Assembly: GCF_009914755.1 (NCBI RefSeq)
Contig: NC_060938.1
Strand: one strand, 5' to 3'
Source: the human T2T-CHM13v2.0 reference genome, Homo sapiens
Length of the DNA: 64,000 nt
The position numbers were made by a program, and so were the translations under genes. Each line of letters begins with the position of its first letter. The stretch's first letter is position 1. The notes below the pieces were generated by a model that did no database searches, was not told the DNA's origin, and saw only the letters and a program-made list of their open reading frames with translations. Shown piece after piece: positions 1-14,489 of the stretch.

Positions 1-470
1 ATAGAAGCAATCAAAAACATATTTAAATTAATGAATACATGGATAAAATAGGTTGCAGGTTTAAAAAATGCCATTTTGATTGGTGTCATTTAGCAACAGG
101 TGTGAAATGCAGGAAATTCAGCTTGAGTAACAGGGCCATTCTGGTGCCCCTGACATTGCCTTACACATAAGCTTAAACTTAACAATCAAGATATATTTGT
201 ATGAAGTCACAGGACATTAGTATGGGTAAATCTTGTTACATATTTAGACAAAACAATTTTTGACCAGTTCATTCAAATAAGAAATTCTTAATGAAAAAAA
301 TTACTCTCAAAGAAGCAAAAGTATGACTCAACAAATACACATTTTGGACCTACTAAGTTTAGGAGATTCTTTTTGTGGCAAAGACAAACTTAAAGGAATT
401 TATAAAGGTTGGCTTCTATGAGGAAGTCACTAAGTGATAGAAGAGCTGACCCAGTGAGTGATATATTTGA

Positions 471-492
471 GTGTGTGTGTGTGTGTGTGTGT
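471..492. repeat. (GT)n microsatellite
   Basis: 11 GT units seen directly. Confidence 0.95.
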
Positions 493-1200
493 AGAAATAC
501 TATATATAAATGTATATATACTAATATATATGTATTTACTTTGTTCTTCTTTCTACCTATTTTCTGCCTACTAATTGAAATTTGTGGCAGAGAATTATTA
601 AACTCTTTGCCAGAGGATAATAATGCATATTCCATATACATTCCTTGCAGTATTATTGAGAGGATAAAATGAAAATGCACACGACTCTCTTCATTAAAGG
701 TATTGTTATAAATAACATCTCTGTGCTGGCTGGATGGTGTTTTCTATTTAATCCCTTTACTTGTAAGAGTAGGTGGGCAAAAATTGCGAGCATAAGAGAT
801 CCCTCAAAGACACAAGAAAGAGGGAGGGAGAAGACTATTTTCATGTAAAGATAGGATTCAAGAACTGGGAATATGTAACAATATCAATGACAATTCAAAA
901 AATAGTATTTTGCTTTTAGAGTAAGCAAAATACTATTAGTATGTGTTTTACTAGAGTTTTTTTAGTTTAAATTTTTTTTAACTTTTAAAAACTTTTTTTA
1001 ACTTTGAAAAGTTTGGAAAATTCTTGTCCAAATTCAAAACTAAAAGAAGGAGAAGAAAAAGAAAAAGAGCCTCGTTGCTTGCATGTAGGAAATGAAGAAA
1101 ACATAAAGAGCTTCCTGCAACTAGATGGATGAAACTTCAGGTAAGGGTGTTGGACAAGGTTTCCGCAACCAGACTTTCCATACAGACTGACTTCCCTTAA

Positions 1201-1542
<342 letters not shown>

Positions 1543-3012
1543 TGTTTTGCCTTTTTGAGAGTGAGTACCCTAAATGTTAAATAAAGAATGACATTATTTG
1601 AATAAAAAAGCGGTATTCATTTTGTTTTATTGTTTTTAATTATCTAATTTTTTCATTTTTTCTTTCTGTTTATTAGTTCCACTTTGTTCATAGCTAAATT
1701 TAACAAAATATATAAAAATTATATTCTGGTTAAAAACACAGCTTCAAATAAAATTCATGCTTTAGTGATTGACATCCAGTGGCTTCTGGGTAGTGTTTTC
1801 AGCTCACACTGATTAGGAAAAAATAATGACTATTAAGTGAGTGCACTGATTTTAAATAAAATAATTTCCCACTTAGTCTCATTTTTAAAATGCTAATTTA
1901 ATGACCTCTCAAGTTTTTTGATACATGAAACACTACCAATGACATGGAAGGTACCAATAAAATGGGAGGAAAAAAAGATATGGGAAACTGATATTGACCT
2001 CTATGGTTAGCATCATGAGAAAAACTTATTTATAGGACATTGGTTGGCAATGATGAAATTATAAGTTAGAGGAGATGAGTATTTGTTATCTGCCAGTTTC
2101 CTTAAAGATTTCCATTTGTACAGTGTTTTAAAGTATGTAAGTTGCTGCTGGATGCTATCCCATATGGTTTAAATTTTGACAAATATCCTGGGAATAAATA
2201 TGGTGACTACAGTACACATAGTAGACAATATTATCTTTATTTTCAGAGGAGAAAGCTGATGCTTTGAGATATTATGCTCTTTGTTTGGGTGATGTGAATA
2301 CTGTGTGCAGATTGGGGAATAGAAGCTTTGGATTCTGGGCTTCCTTTTCACTGACTCTGGGTGGAAGGGGTATGGTTATGATAATACTGAACATCAAAAT
2401 ATTCTCTCTCTACATTTTCTGGATTTCTATAGCAACTATCATCTGCTTGAGAAACTTTCTGAGAATATAAACATTGTGAATATCATATAGATCTACTTAG
2501 CTTCAATAAAGCCGTTATTTATTGAGAATCTATGCTGTGCAAGGCAATGAATAATGAGTTTTTCCTGCCCTCAACAAGCTGTCAATACAGCAGGGAAGAT
2601 AAAAGGTAATTAAAAAAATAGAAAAATGCAATATGGTGATTAAAAAGTAGAGGAAAAGTCATTTGCTGTATGCATAAGATGAGGAGGAAAGAATCTCCAA
2701 ATAAACAAGGAAGAGAAATTTTATTAAAAGATAAAGCATCAAAACTGAGTTTAAAAAATAGAAAATATAAACATGGAATATGATGACCATGTTTGCAGGC
2801 TGAAAGAATAACAACATAAACCATGAAAACAGGAATACCTGAGGACAGTTTAACATGAACATATAATAGTTGAAGGCAAATAATGGTAAGTAAACTTAGA
2901 AGCAGTGGTCAATGCCGGTATGTCTTAGAATATCAGGGTGAGCTTACATTCAAGGAGGGATGGATAGTTGAAGTTTTCTGTTTTTTGAGGGTTTTGTTAA
3001 TGGGAAGTTACA

Positions 3013-5287
3013 TGATATGGTTTGGCTGTGTCCCCACCAAATCTCAACTTGAATTGTATCTCCTAGAATTCCCATGTCTTGTGGGAGGGACCCAGGGGGG
3101 AGATAATTGAATCATGGGGGCTAGTCTTTCCCTTGCTATTCTAGTGATAACAAATAAGTCTCATGAGAGCTGATGGGTTTATCAAGGGTTTCTGCTTTTG
3201 CCTCTTCCTAATTCTCCCTTGAGGCTGCCATGTAAGAACTGCCTTTCACCCTCTGCCATGATTATGAGACCTCCCTGGCCATGTGGAATTGTAAGTCAAA
3301 TTAAACAACCTTTTCTTCCCAGTCTCGGGTATGTCTTTATTAACAGCATGAAAAACAACTAATACAGTAAATTGGTTCCAGTAGAGTGGGGTGTTGCTGA
3401 AAAGATACCCAAAAATGTGGAAGTGACTTTGGACCTGGGTAACAGGCAGGAGTTGGAACAGTTTGGAGGGCTCAGAAGAAGACAGAAAAATGTGGGATAG
3501 TTTGAAACTTCCTAGAGACTTGTTGAATGGCTTTACCCAAAATGTTGATAGCAATACGGACAATAAAATCCAGGCTGAGGTGGTCTCAGATGGAGATGAG
3601 GAACTTTTTGGGAACTGGAGCAAAGATGAATCTTGTTATGTTTTAGCAAAGAGCCTTGCAGCATTTTGGCCCTGCCCTACAGGTTTGTGGAACTTTGAAC
3701 TTGAGAGAGATGATTTACGGTATCTGGTGGAAGAAATTTCTAAGCAGCAAAATATTCAAGAGGTGACTTGGGTGCTGTTAAAAACATTGAGTTTTAAAAG
3801 GGAAACAGAGCATAAAAGTTCAGAAAATTAGCAGCCTGACTATGCGATAGAAAAGAAAAACCCATTTTCTGGGGAGAAATTCAAGCTGGCTGCAGAAATT
3901 TGCATAAGCAGCAAAGAGCCTAATGTTTATTCCCAAGACCATGGGGAAAATGTCTCCAGGCCATGTCAGAGACCTTCACAGCAGCCCCTTCCATCACAGG
4001 CCTGGAGGTGCAGGAGAAAAAAGTGGATTTATTGGCCAGACCCAGGGTCCCTGTGCTGTGTGCAGCCTAGGGATTTGGTGCCCTGTGTTTGAGCCACTCC
4101 AGATGTGGCTGAAAGGGGCCAGTGTAGAGCTCAGGCTGTGGCTTCAAAGGGTGGAAGCCACAAGGCTTGGCAGCTTCCACATGGTGTTGAGCCTGCAGGT
4201 AGACAGAAGTCAATAATTGAGATTTGGAAACTTGCTTAGATTTCAGAAGATGTATGGGAATGCCTGGATGCCCAGGAAAAAGTTTGCTGCAGGGTTGTGG
4301 CCCTCATGGAGGATTTCTGCTAGGGCTCTGCAGAAGGGAAATGTGAGGTCATAGTCCCCACACAGAGTCCCTGCTGGGGCACCACTCAGTAGAGCTGTGA
4401 GAAGAGGGACACCGTCCTCCAGACCCCAGAATGGTAGATCCACTGACAGCTTGAACTGTGCATCTGGAAAAGCTGCAGACACTCAATGCTAGCCCATGAA
4501 AGCAGCCGGGAGGGGGCTGTACCCAGCAAAGCCACAGGGGTGGATCTGCCCAAGACCATGGGAACCCACCTCTTGCATCAGTGTAACCTAGATGTGAGAC
4601 CTGGAGTCAAAGGAGATCATTTTGGAGCTTTAAAGTTTGACTGCTCTGCTGGATTTCGGACTTGCATGGGCCCTGTAATCCCTTTGTTTTGGCCAATGTC
4701 TCCCATTTGGAATGGCTGTATTTACCCAATACCTTTATCTGCATTGTATCTAGGAAGTAACTAGCTTGCTTTTGATTTTACAAGCTCATAGGCAGAGGGA
4801 CTTGCCTTGTCTCAGATGAGACGTTGGAATGTGGACTTTTGGGTTACTGCTGAAATGAGTTAAGACTGGGGGACTACTGGGAAGGCATGCTTGATTTTGA
4901 AATGTGAGGACATGAGATTTGGAGAGGCCGGGGGGAATGATATGGTTTGACTATGTCCCCACCAAATCTCAACTAGAATTGTGTCTCTTGGAATTTCCAT
5001 GTCTTGTGGGAGGGACCCAGTGGGAGGTAATTGAATCTTGGGAGCTGGTCTTTCCCATGCTATTGTGATAGTGAATAAGTCTCACAAGATCTGATGGGCT
5101 TATCAGGGGTTTCCACTTTTGCTTTTTCCTCATTCTCTCTTGTTGCCACCATGTAAGAAGTGCCTTTTGCCCTTCACCATGATTATGAGACCTACCCAGC
5201 CATGTGGAACTGTAAGTCAAATTAAACCACCTTTTCTTCCAAGTCTTGGGTATGTCTTTATCAGCAGCTTGAAAATGAACTAATACA
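3013..5287 (+). mobile_element. Full-length THE1A (ERVL-MaLR) element: LTR 3013-3366, internal 3367-4937, LTR 4938-5287
   Basis: Both LTRs start TGATATGG and end CTAATACA; perfect 5-bp TSD TTACA (3008-3012, 5288-5292); ATCTCAACTTGAATTGTATCTC recalled as THE1A-type. Confidence 0.95.
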
Positions 5288-5612
5288 TTACATAGTATAT
5301 TACTTTGTCAAAATAGAGAAATAAAAATGTTCAAACATTGTTTTAGGTTAGAAAATACAAATACCTTGGAATTAGAGAGCCATGTTAGGAAGCAATTGAC
5401 ACTTGCATTATAATAATCTAGGCCAAAGATCACCTTTCCATACTAGAAAATGGAAACTGTAAAGTGAGAATGGAATTGCTCCTGCTGTTGAGGTCCAATC
5501 ATGCACATTTAGGAACTGACTAGACATCAGTTCAAGAAAGATGAAATCATTGATGATTGATTTTTCTTCTCTGGTTGAATGGAATAATTTCTGCTTTTAA
5601 TAGGAACTAAGG

Positions 5613-5655
5613 GTTTGTTTGTTTGTTTGTTTGTTTTTGTTCTGTTGTTTTGTTT
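5613..5655. repeat. (GTTT)n tract at the L1 5' end
   Basis: GTTT-type units seen directly between the TSD and CCAAGAT. Confidence 0.85.
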
Positions 5656-6399
5656 CCAAGATAGTGGATTAGAGGCTTTTAGCATGCTTCAGCTACTTGG
5701 AAACAGCAAGATAGTGAATGAAAGTCAACTTTGTGAACTGTCATTCTAGAAGGAAAAGGAGAATCCACTGCAATTGTAAAGGACATCCCCTGATTCTGGG
5801 GAGGAGAATGTGAGCAAAGAGCTCCTGTGATATATCTAGCTGATACAAGTCAGTGAAGCTCCAGTACATGAGAGAGGCAGAGAGCCTCCCTCTGCAACTC
5901 ACCTCTTCAGTGGGGATCTGAGCAACCCCAGTGGAAAAGTTAGTCGCAGAGGGATAGAGGTGAGTCACAGAGCAAGGGAGAACACTTTCTTTCTCCCAAG
6001 CAATGGAGCTAACTTGGGGAGAGGCTTGGAGATTCTGAGAAGGGAAGAAATCAGGAAAACTTGCAGGCATTTTCCCAGACCTGGGACCAAGACCCAGAGG
6101 CCATTTTTAATCTGGGCACATACAAAGTCAGTCAGTCTTTAGTGACCTGGCAGTTTGGCTATGTAGGCACTTTAGGCTTGAGCCGGAGATTGGAGTGCCT
6201 GCTCTGGAGCAGTGTAGGTGCTTCCACAGCCAGAACTGTGGAAGTGCCTCAACAGTAGGCATTGGGATCATTCTCTCCGCTATCACAGGCTTAGGGCAGG
6301 AAGAGAACTGCTAAGGCAGTTTCTCCTAGAAGATGAGACCTGCAGCCAGGTCCAGCTTGGTGACCTAGAACTGGTCTGCATGTGTCATTGCTGGGTGCT

Positions 6400-7300
6400 C
6401 CACCCTGCTCCCCTGAGATCATGTTGCAACAAGACCCTCTCTACTCCAACCCCAGACAGAAATCCAAACTTCTGGAGTACCTGCTTGCATGGACCAGCAG
6501 CCTGAGCCACCCAACCCTTCATAGACATATATTGTGGTGCAGTGGAGGCCCTCTCTGTTCCACCCCAAAGTGAATCTTTAAGTATTCTGAGCACCCCCTC
6601 ACCTGGATAAACAGCCTGACCTGCCTATCCCTTCCTGTGCAAACGTTGTGGTGCAATGTGGCCCTCTCCACACCACACATAGGCAGATCTCCAGCCATTT
6701 GGATTATCCACTCACATGGACTAACAGCCTGAGTCACCCAACCTTTCCTAGGCATAGGCCAAAGTGCAGCAGGGTCCTCTTTGCTCCATGCCCAAGCAGA
6801 TCTCCAGACATTTGGAGCACTTACTTATCTAGATCAGCAGCCTGAACTGCCCCATCTTTCCTGTTCATAGATCATGGTGTATGGGGCCCCCCTCCACTTA
6901 ACACCCAGGCATTCAAAGCCTGAACTGGCAGCCTAAGCTGTCCCACCATTCCTGTGCAGAGATCGTGGTGCAAGGGGCCCCTCTTCATTTCAGGCCCAAG
7001 CAGATCTCTAGGCATTTAAAGCATCTGCTTTCTTGGTTCAGCAGCCTGAATCACCCTACCCCTGATATGCGGAGACTTTAGTTCAGGGGCATGCTCTCCA
7101 CTTCACACCCAGGCAGATATTTAGACATTTGGAGTACCTGCTCTCTTGGAACAGCAGTGTGTGAGCTGCCCCATCCTTCCTGTGCAGATATCCTTGTACA
7201 GGAGGCTCCTCTCTGCTCCATGCTCAGGCAGATCTCTAGGAGTCTAGAGTGGCCACTCTCCTGGATTAGGAGTTTAGACTGCCTGCCATCCCCATGTTGA
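6400..7300 (+). repeat. Degenerate ~113-bp tandem array (~8 units) in the L1 5'UTR
   Basis: CAGCCTGA-like anchor at about 6498, 6612, 6725, 6838, 6929, 7042, 7155, 7270. Confidence 0.85.
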
Positions 7301-8686
7301 GAACCTGGGGCCAAGGTATTAGTTCCATGCCTAGACACATTCTGGGTGTTGGTGGCCACCTAATAGATTCTCCCTCAGTGAAGGTGCTTGTGTCTGCCAT
7401 TGGTGGACCTGTAGGTGGACCTGCCCAAGCCAGCCTGGCCCATCTTGCCTTGTGCTCCTTCCTGGGGATAAGCGGGGAGTTCAGATCACTTGGACACCAT
7501 GAACTAAGTCCACTGCCTGAAGCAACAAAAAGCTTCTCCCAGCAAACAAGGATCAAGTGTACATCCAGCCATGTTAGTCACAATTGGATTTTACCCATAA
7601 GCTCCATCTACTGACCTGTAGGTCAAACTTCACAACCCCAAAAAATAAACAAACAAACAAAAACACCTGCCAACTGAAGTGCTTAGACCTATAGAAGCAA
7701 AGCCAAAAGAACCAAACCAGCATCCTTTACAGTCACACCCCCTAGGGAGTGGGGGAAAGGCAAAAGGAAAGTAGAAAAAGACAATAATATTATAGGGAAA
7801 GAGAGGAAAAGAAAAAAAAATACCCGCATGAGAATAATTACAAAAATTAGAAGTGCCAATGTCTCCAGAAGAGAAGGAAACAATGTCAAATATTCTGTCA
7901 CCATGAAGAATCCGAATGCGGTGACACCACCAAAGAACCACACCAGCTCTCTAGCAATGGTCCCTAACCAAAACGAAAAAATCAGAAATGACAGATAAAG
8001 AATTCAAAGCATGTATTGCAAGTAAGCTCAATGATATCCAAGAACAAGGTTGAAATTCAACACAAAGAAACCTCTAAAGCAATCCAGGAAATGAAGGAAG
8101 AGATAAACATCTTTAAAATAAATCAGTCAGAGCTTCTGAAACTGAAAAACTCACTTAAGGAATTTCAAAACACAATTGAAAGCTTCATCAGTAGACTGCA
8201 CCAAGCAGAAGAAAGAATTTCAGAGCTTGAAGACCAATCTTTTGAACTAACCCATTCAGATAAAAGTAAAGACAAAAAGCATTTTGAAAAATGAACAGTG
8301 TCTTTAAGAAATAAGAGATTATGTAAAATGACCAAACCTACTAATGATTGGTATTCCTGAGAGAGACAGAGAAAAAGAAAACAACCTAGAAGACATATTT
8401 GAGGGAATAATTTAAGAAAATTTTCCTCATGTTACCAGAGAGATAGACATCCAGATACAGGAAATCCAGAGAACACCTGGAGGATGCTATACAAAATGAA
8501 CCTCACCAAGGCATGTATTCACTAGATGGCCCAAGGTCAATGCTAAAATTAAAAAAAAATCTTGAAGGCAGCTACTGAAAAATATTACATCATGTACATA
8601 GGGAATCCCATTTAGTTAATAGCAAACTTTTCAGCAGAAACCTTACAAGACAAGAGAGTTTGGGGGTCAACTTTCAGCATTCTTAA

Positions 8687-9202
8687 CCTTTTCCCAGTTT
8701 AGAAAAAAAAAAAAAAGCAGTGCAGCTCTCTGCCAGCAATTATTTAATTTTACATAAACATGTTCTTTGGAGCTGAATCAAACTGACTTTCAATGTGGAA
8801 ATAAAATATGAATACTGTTCTTAGAGTTATTTTGAAACAGAACCAACATCAGAATTGTCTGAATCATTAGAATCAACCATTTCAGAAAAATCAGATTTAT
8901 TAAATGAATCTTTGGGCAACAGCTGTTCAAGAACAATGTTAACATTATGTGTAGAAATGCTATGTTTTCTAGGATTTGACATTTTCAGTAATTGAGAATC
9001 ACTGTATTTTGTAAATGGAAATACCACTACTAAATACAGGGTGATATAAATAAAATGATGTCTTTTGCTCCCAAAGTCAATATACTAAAGTGATATGAAA
9101 ATAATAATAAAAGCAAGATATTTTGTGGCAAAGTTTTCTCAGGGTAAATGTTGCAGGTGCAAGCACTGCTGGCAAGTATTCTTGGGGTAAATGGGAAAAG
9201 GG
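8687..9202. mobile_element. MER75-type piggyBac MITE nested in L1 ORF1
   Basis: TTAA on both sides (8683-8686, 9203-9206); TIRs CCTTTTCCCA...TGGGAAAAGGG; 516 bp; L1 sequence resumes across it. Confidence 0.9.
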
Positions 9203-11598
9203 TTAAACAAAATAAATTCCAATCAATAATTGTATATCCCACCAAATTAAGTTTCATATCAAAAGTAGAAATAAAACCTTTTTCCAGACAAGCAAGCTAT
9301 AACGAAATTTGTTAACCTCTAGAACAACTTTATAAGAGATCCTTAAGGGAGTTCTAAACAGGGAAACAAAAGAATAATATCTGTTACCACAAAAACACAC
9401 TTAAGTACATAGCCCACAGACCCTATAAAGCAGTCACAGAATAGAAACTACAAAGCAATGATTTAACAACTTCGCAAAGGAACTGAAACCTTACATATCA
9501 ATGTTAGCCTTGAATGTAAATTGCCTAAATGCCCTGGTTAAAAGGCACAGAGTGGATAGCTGGATAAAAATATAAGATCCATCTATATGCTGTCAAGAGA
9601 GTTATCTCATACATAACTTTATCCATAGAGTCAAGATAAAAGGATAATGAAAGAACTACCATGGAAACAGAAACAAAAAAGATCAGGGGCTGCTATCCTT
9701 CTGTAAGGTAAAATAGATTTTAAAACAACAGAGTAAAAAAGAATGAGAAAGCGCATTACATGATGATAAGGGGTTCAATTCAACACTAAATATATACACA
9801 CCCAACCTTGGAGCAGTCAAATACACAAACATGTATTTCTAGACCTATGAAAACTAAGATACCCAAATGATAATTCTAGGCAACTTCAACACTACACTGA
9901 CAGTGTTATGCAGATCATCAAGGCAGAAAACTAAGAAGAAATTCTGAACTAAAATTTGACCCTTGGCCAATTGTACCTGATAGACGTCTACAGAACACAG
10001 CATCCATCAACCACAGAATATACATTTTTCTAATTTGCACATGGAACATACTCTAAAATCTACCATATACTAAGCCATAAATCAAGTCTGAAAAAATTAA
10101 AAGAAAATTAAAGTAATGCCAACCATACTGTGAGGCCACAGTGGAATAAAAATAGAAATCAATACCAAGAAGATCTCTCAAAATCACACAATTACATGGA
10201 AATTGAATAACTTGCTCCCAAATGACTTTTGAGTAAACAGTAAAATTAAGGTAGAAATCAAAAAATTATTTGAATTAAATGAAAACGGAGACACAACATG
10301 CCAAAATCTCTGGGATGCAGCAAAAACAATATTAACAGAAGAGTTTGTAGCACTAAACATCTATCTGAAAAAGTTAAAATGATCTCAAATTTATGACCTA
10401 ACATCACATCTAGAGGAACTAGAAAATCAAGAACAAACTAACCACAAACCTAGCTACAGAAAAGAAATAATTAAAATCAGAGAAAAAATGAACAAAACTG
10501 AGGCCCAAAAATTCATGCAAAGAATCAAGGAAACCAGTGTTGGGTTTTTCAAAGGATAAACAAGATTGATAGACTGTTAGTTAGATTAACAGAGAAAAAA
10601 AAGAAGAGAAGATCCTAATAAGCACAATCAGAAATGACAAAGGTGGCACTGCGACTGATCCCACAGAAATACAAATGATCTTCAAAAAGTGTTATGAACA
10701 CCTCCATGCATACAAACTACAAAATATAAAATAAATAAATAAATTCCTGGAAACACACAATCTCCCAGGATTGAATCAGAAAGAAATAGAAATGCTGAAC
10801 AGACCAATATCAGGTTCCAAAGTTAAATCAGTAATATAAAACCAACCAACTAAAAAAAACAAAACAAAACAAAACAAAAAAAAAACTCTGGACCAGATGG
10901 ATTCACCAGGTGTACAAAGAGCTGGTACCAATCTTACTAAAACTAGTCCAAAAAAATCAAGGAAGAGGAACTCCTCCCTAATTTCTTCTATGCAACTAGT
11001 ACCAGTATCACCTTGATACAAAAATGTGGCAAAGACACAATGAAAAAAGAAAACAGGTCAACATCCCTGATGAGCATAGATGCAAAAATCCTCAGCAAAA
11101 TACTAGCAAACTTAATCCAGCAGCACATCAAAAAGTTAATTCACCATGCTCAAGTAGGCTTCATTCCTGGGATACAAGGTTGCCTTAACACATGCAAATC
11201 AATAAATGTGATTCACCACATAAACCGAGTGGAAGGCAAAAACCATATGATCATCTTAGTAGGTGCGGTAAAAGCTTTCAGTAAAATCCAACATCCCTTC
11301 AGGATAAAATCCTTCAAGAAACTAGGCATCAAAGTAACATACCTCAAAATAATAAGAGCCATCTATGACAAACCCACAGCCAATATCGTACTAAATGGGC
11401 AAAAACTGGAAGCATTCGCCTTAAGAACTGGAAGAAGAAAAGGATGCTCACTCTCACCGCTGCCATTCAACGTGGTACTGGAAGTCCTTGCCAGAGCAAT
11501 CAGGCAAGAGAAAGAAATAAAAGGCATTCAACTAGAAAAAGAAGAACTCAAACAATCTCTTTTCAATGATGATGATTATTCTATACTTAGAAGGCCCA

Positions 11599-11911
<313 letters not shown>

Positions 11912-14489
11912 CTAAAGATTTCACCAAAAGGCTCCTGGAACTTATAAACCATGTAAATAATGTTTTAAGATATAAAATCAGTGTACAAAACTCAGTTGCA
12001 TTTCTATGCACCTATAACGTTAAAGCCGAGAGCCAAATCAAGAATGCAACCCCATTTACAATAGCTGTAAAACAAATAAACAAACAAACAAAAACCTAAG
12101 AATGCATCTAACCAAGGCAGTAAAAGATCCCTACAAAGAGAACTACAAAACGCTGCTGAAAGAAATGATGCATGACACAAACAAATGGATAAACATTTTA
12201 TGCTCATTGATTAGAAGAATTAATATTGTTAAAATGGCCATACTACCCAAAGCAATGTACAGATTCAGTGGTATTCCTATCAGTCTACCAATGTCATTTT
12301 TCACAGAATTAAAAAAAAACCCTTTTTTAAAATTCATATATTACCAGAGGAGCGCACATATCCAAAGCAATTCTAAGTGAAAAGAACAAAGCCAAAGACA
12401 TCTCTTAACCTAACTTTATACTATAAGGCTACAGTAACCAAAAGAGCATGACACTGGTACAAAAACAGATATATAGACCAGTGAAACAGAATAGAGAACC
12501 AAGAAATAAAGCTGCACAGCTACAGTCATTTGATTTTTGACAAGCTCAACAAAAGTAATCATTGGAGAAAAGATTTCCTATTTAATAAATGATTCTTGGA
12601 TAACTGGCCAGCCATATGCAGAATGAAACTGAACCCCTACATTTTACCATATACAAAAATTAACTCAAGATGGATCAAATATTTAAATTCAAGACTTCAA
12701 ACTATAAGAAACCTATAAGAAAACCCAGGAGACACCATTCTGTTTATCAGCCTTGGAAAATAATTTATAGTTAATTTAAAAGCCATTGTATTAAAAAATT
12801 GACAATTGGGACCTGGTTAAACCGAAAAGCTTCTGCACAGCAAAAGAAACTAACAACAGAGTAAACAACTGACAGAATGGAATAAAACATTCACAAGCTA
12901 TACATCTGGCAAAGGTCGAATATCCAGAATCTATAAGGAACTTAAACAATTGAACAAGCCAAAAATCAATAACCCCATTAAAAAAATGGGCCAAAGACGT
13001 GAACAAACACTTATTGAAAGACATGCAAGTGGCCAACAAACATATGAAAAAATTATCTACATCACTAATCACCAGAAAAATGCAAATCAAAACCACAATG
13101 AGATACCATCTCACACCAGTCAGAATGGCTATTATTAAAAAGTCAAAAAAACAAAGATGTTGGCCAGGCTGTGGAGAAAAGAGAACACTTATGCATTGTT
13201 GGTGGGGATGTAAATTAGGCCAGCCACTGCGGAAAGCAGTTTGGAGATTTCTCAAAAAACTTAAAACAAAACTACCATTTGAACCAGCAATTTTATTTTT
13301 GGGTATTTACCCAAAGAAAATAAATCATTCTACCAAAAAGACATATGCATATGTACATTGCAGCACTTTTCACAATAGGAAAGACATGGAATTAACCTAG
13401 ATGCCCATCAATATGGTTTGGATAAAGAAAATGTGGTACATATACACTGTGAAATATTATGCAGACATAAAAGTGGTGAAATTATGTCATTTGCAGCAAC
13501 ATGGATATAGCTAGAGACCATTATCCAAAGTGAATTAACGCAGGAATAGAAAACCAAATACCACATGTTCTCACTTGTAAGTAGGAGCTAAGCAATGTGT
13601 ACTGGTGGACATAAAGATGGAAACAGTAGATACTGTAGATTGCTGGGGGGGAAGGAAGAGAGGCAATGGTTTTTTAACCACTGGGTAACTATTGAGTACT
13701 GTGCTTAGTACCTGGGTGATGGCAGCAATTGTCAGTATCATGCAATATAACCAGGTAACATACTTGTACATGTCTCCTGTGAATCTAAGGTAAACATTGA
13801 AATTATTTTAAAAATCTGCTACTTCACCACTATATTAAAATAAAATAATTTAAAATAAAAAATAGGAACAGAGTAATAGTAATAGTAATAGGAACATGTA
13901 AATCTGAATTGGAATGGAAAATGATGGACTACATTTTTAACAAATTAAAAATAGAATATTTTTAAATGTGACAGGATTCATTCACAATTATTAATTAGTA
14001 TTTTTCTTTAAAAGGAGGATATTTTAATTAGGCAGCAAGTGAGAAAACTGAATTCTGACTAGTTTCAAAGGAAAGTATCATCCAGTTGTATTTCTACAGA
14101 GAGGACCTGGTAATGTTAATTGATGTTTTTATTGACAGACCCAAAGAAAATGCACCATTTATCTAATGGGTGATTGATGAGTTTGCTTTCCAAATCTAAA
14201 TTAACTACTTCCCACATTCTACTGCATTTCTGTTTTAGATTTAAAGCACAGAAGTGTATTTCATTTTTTACCAGTGTGCCAAATGGGGCTTATCGGAACA
14301 TGGCATTTGGGATCCATGCCACGGGCCCATCTTATAGGTGAAAAAGCTTTATAATGAGGCGCTTCTGCTGCCAGGAATATGTTCTTCAATGAGGACTAAG
14401 CAGAAAGGCATAATGCCAAATTTCACACCAATTCAAATCGTATTTGGACTAACCTTTAGGGATGGAATTGATTTTCTGTAACAAAGTTT

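Noticed and set aside
3463-4764. 92-122-aa ORFs in THE1 internal sequence (also 41515-42760)
   Set aside because: Fragments of the decayed MaLR internal ORF, broken at different places in the two copies
6400-7300. Regularly spaced repeats resembling a CRISPR array
   Set aside because: Whole units are homologous with no unique spacers; eukaryotic L1 5'UTR context and no cas genes
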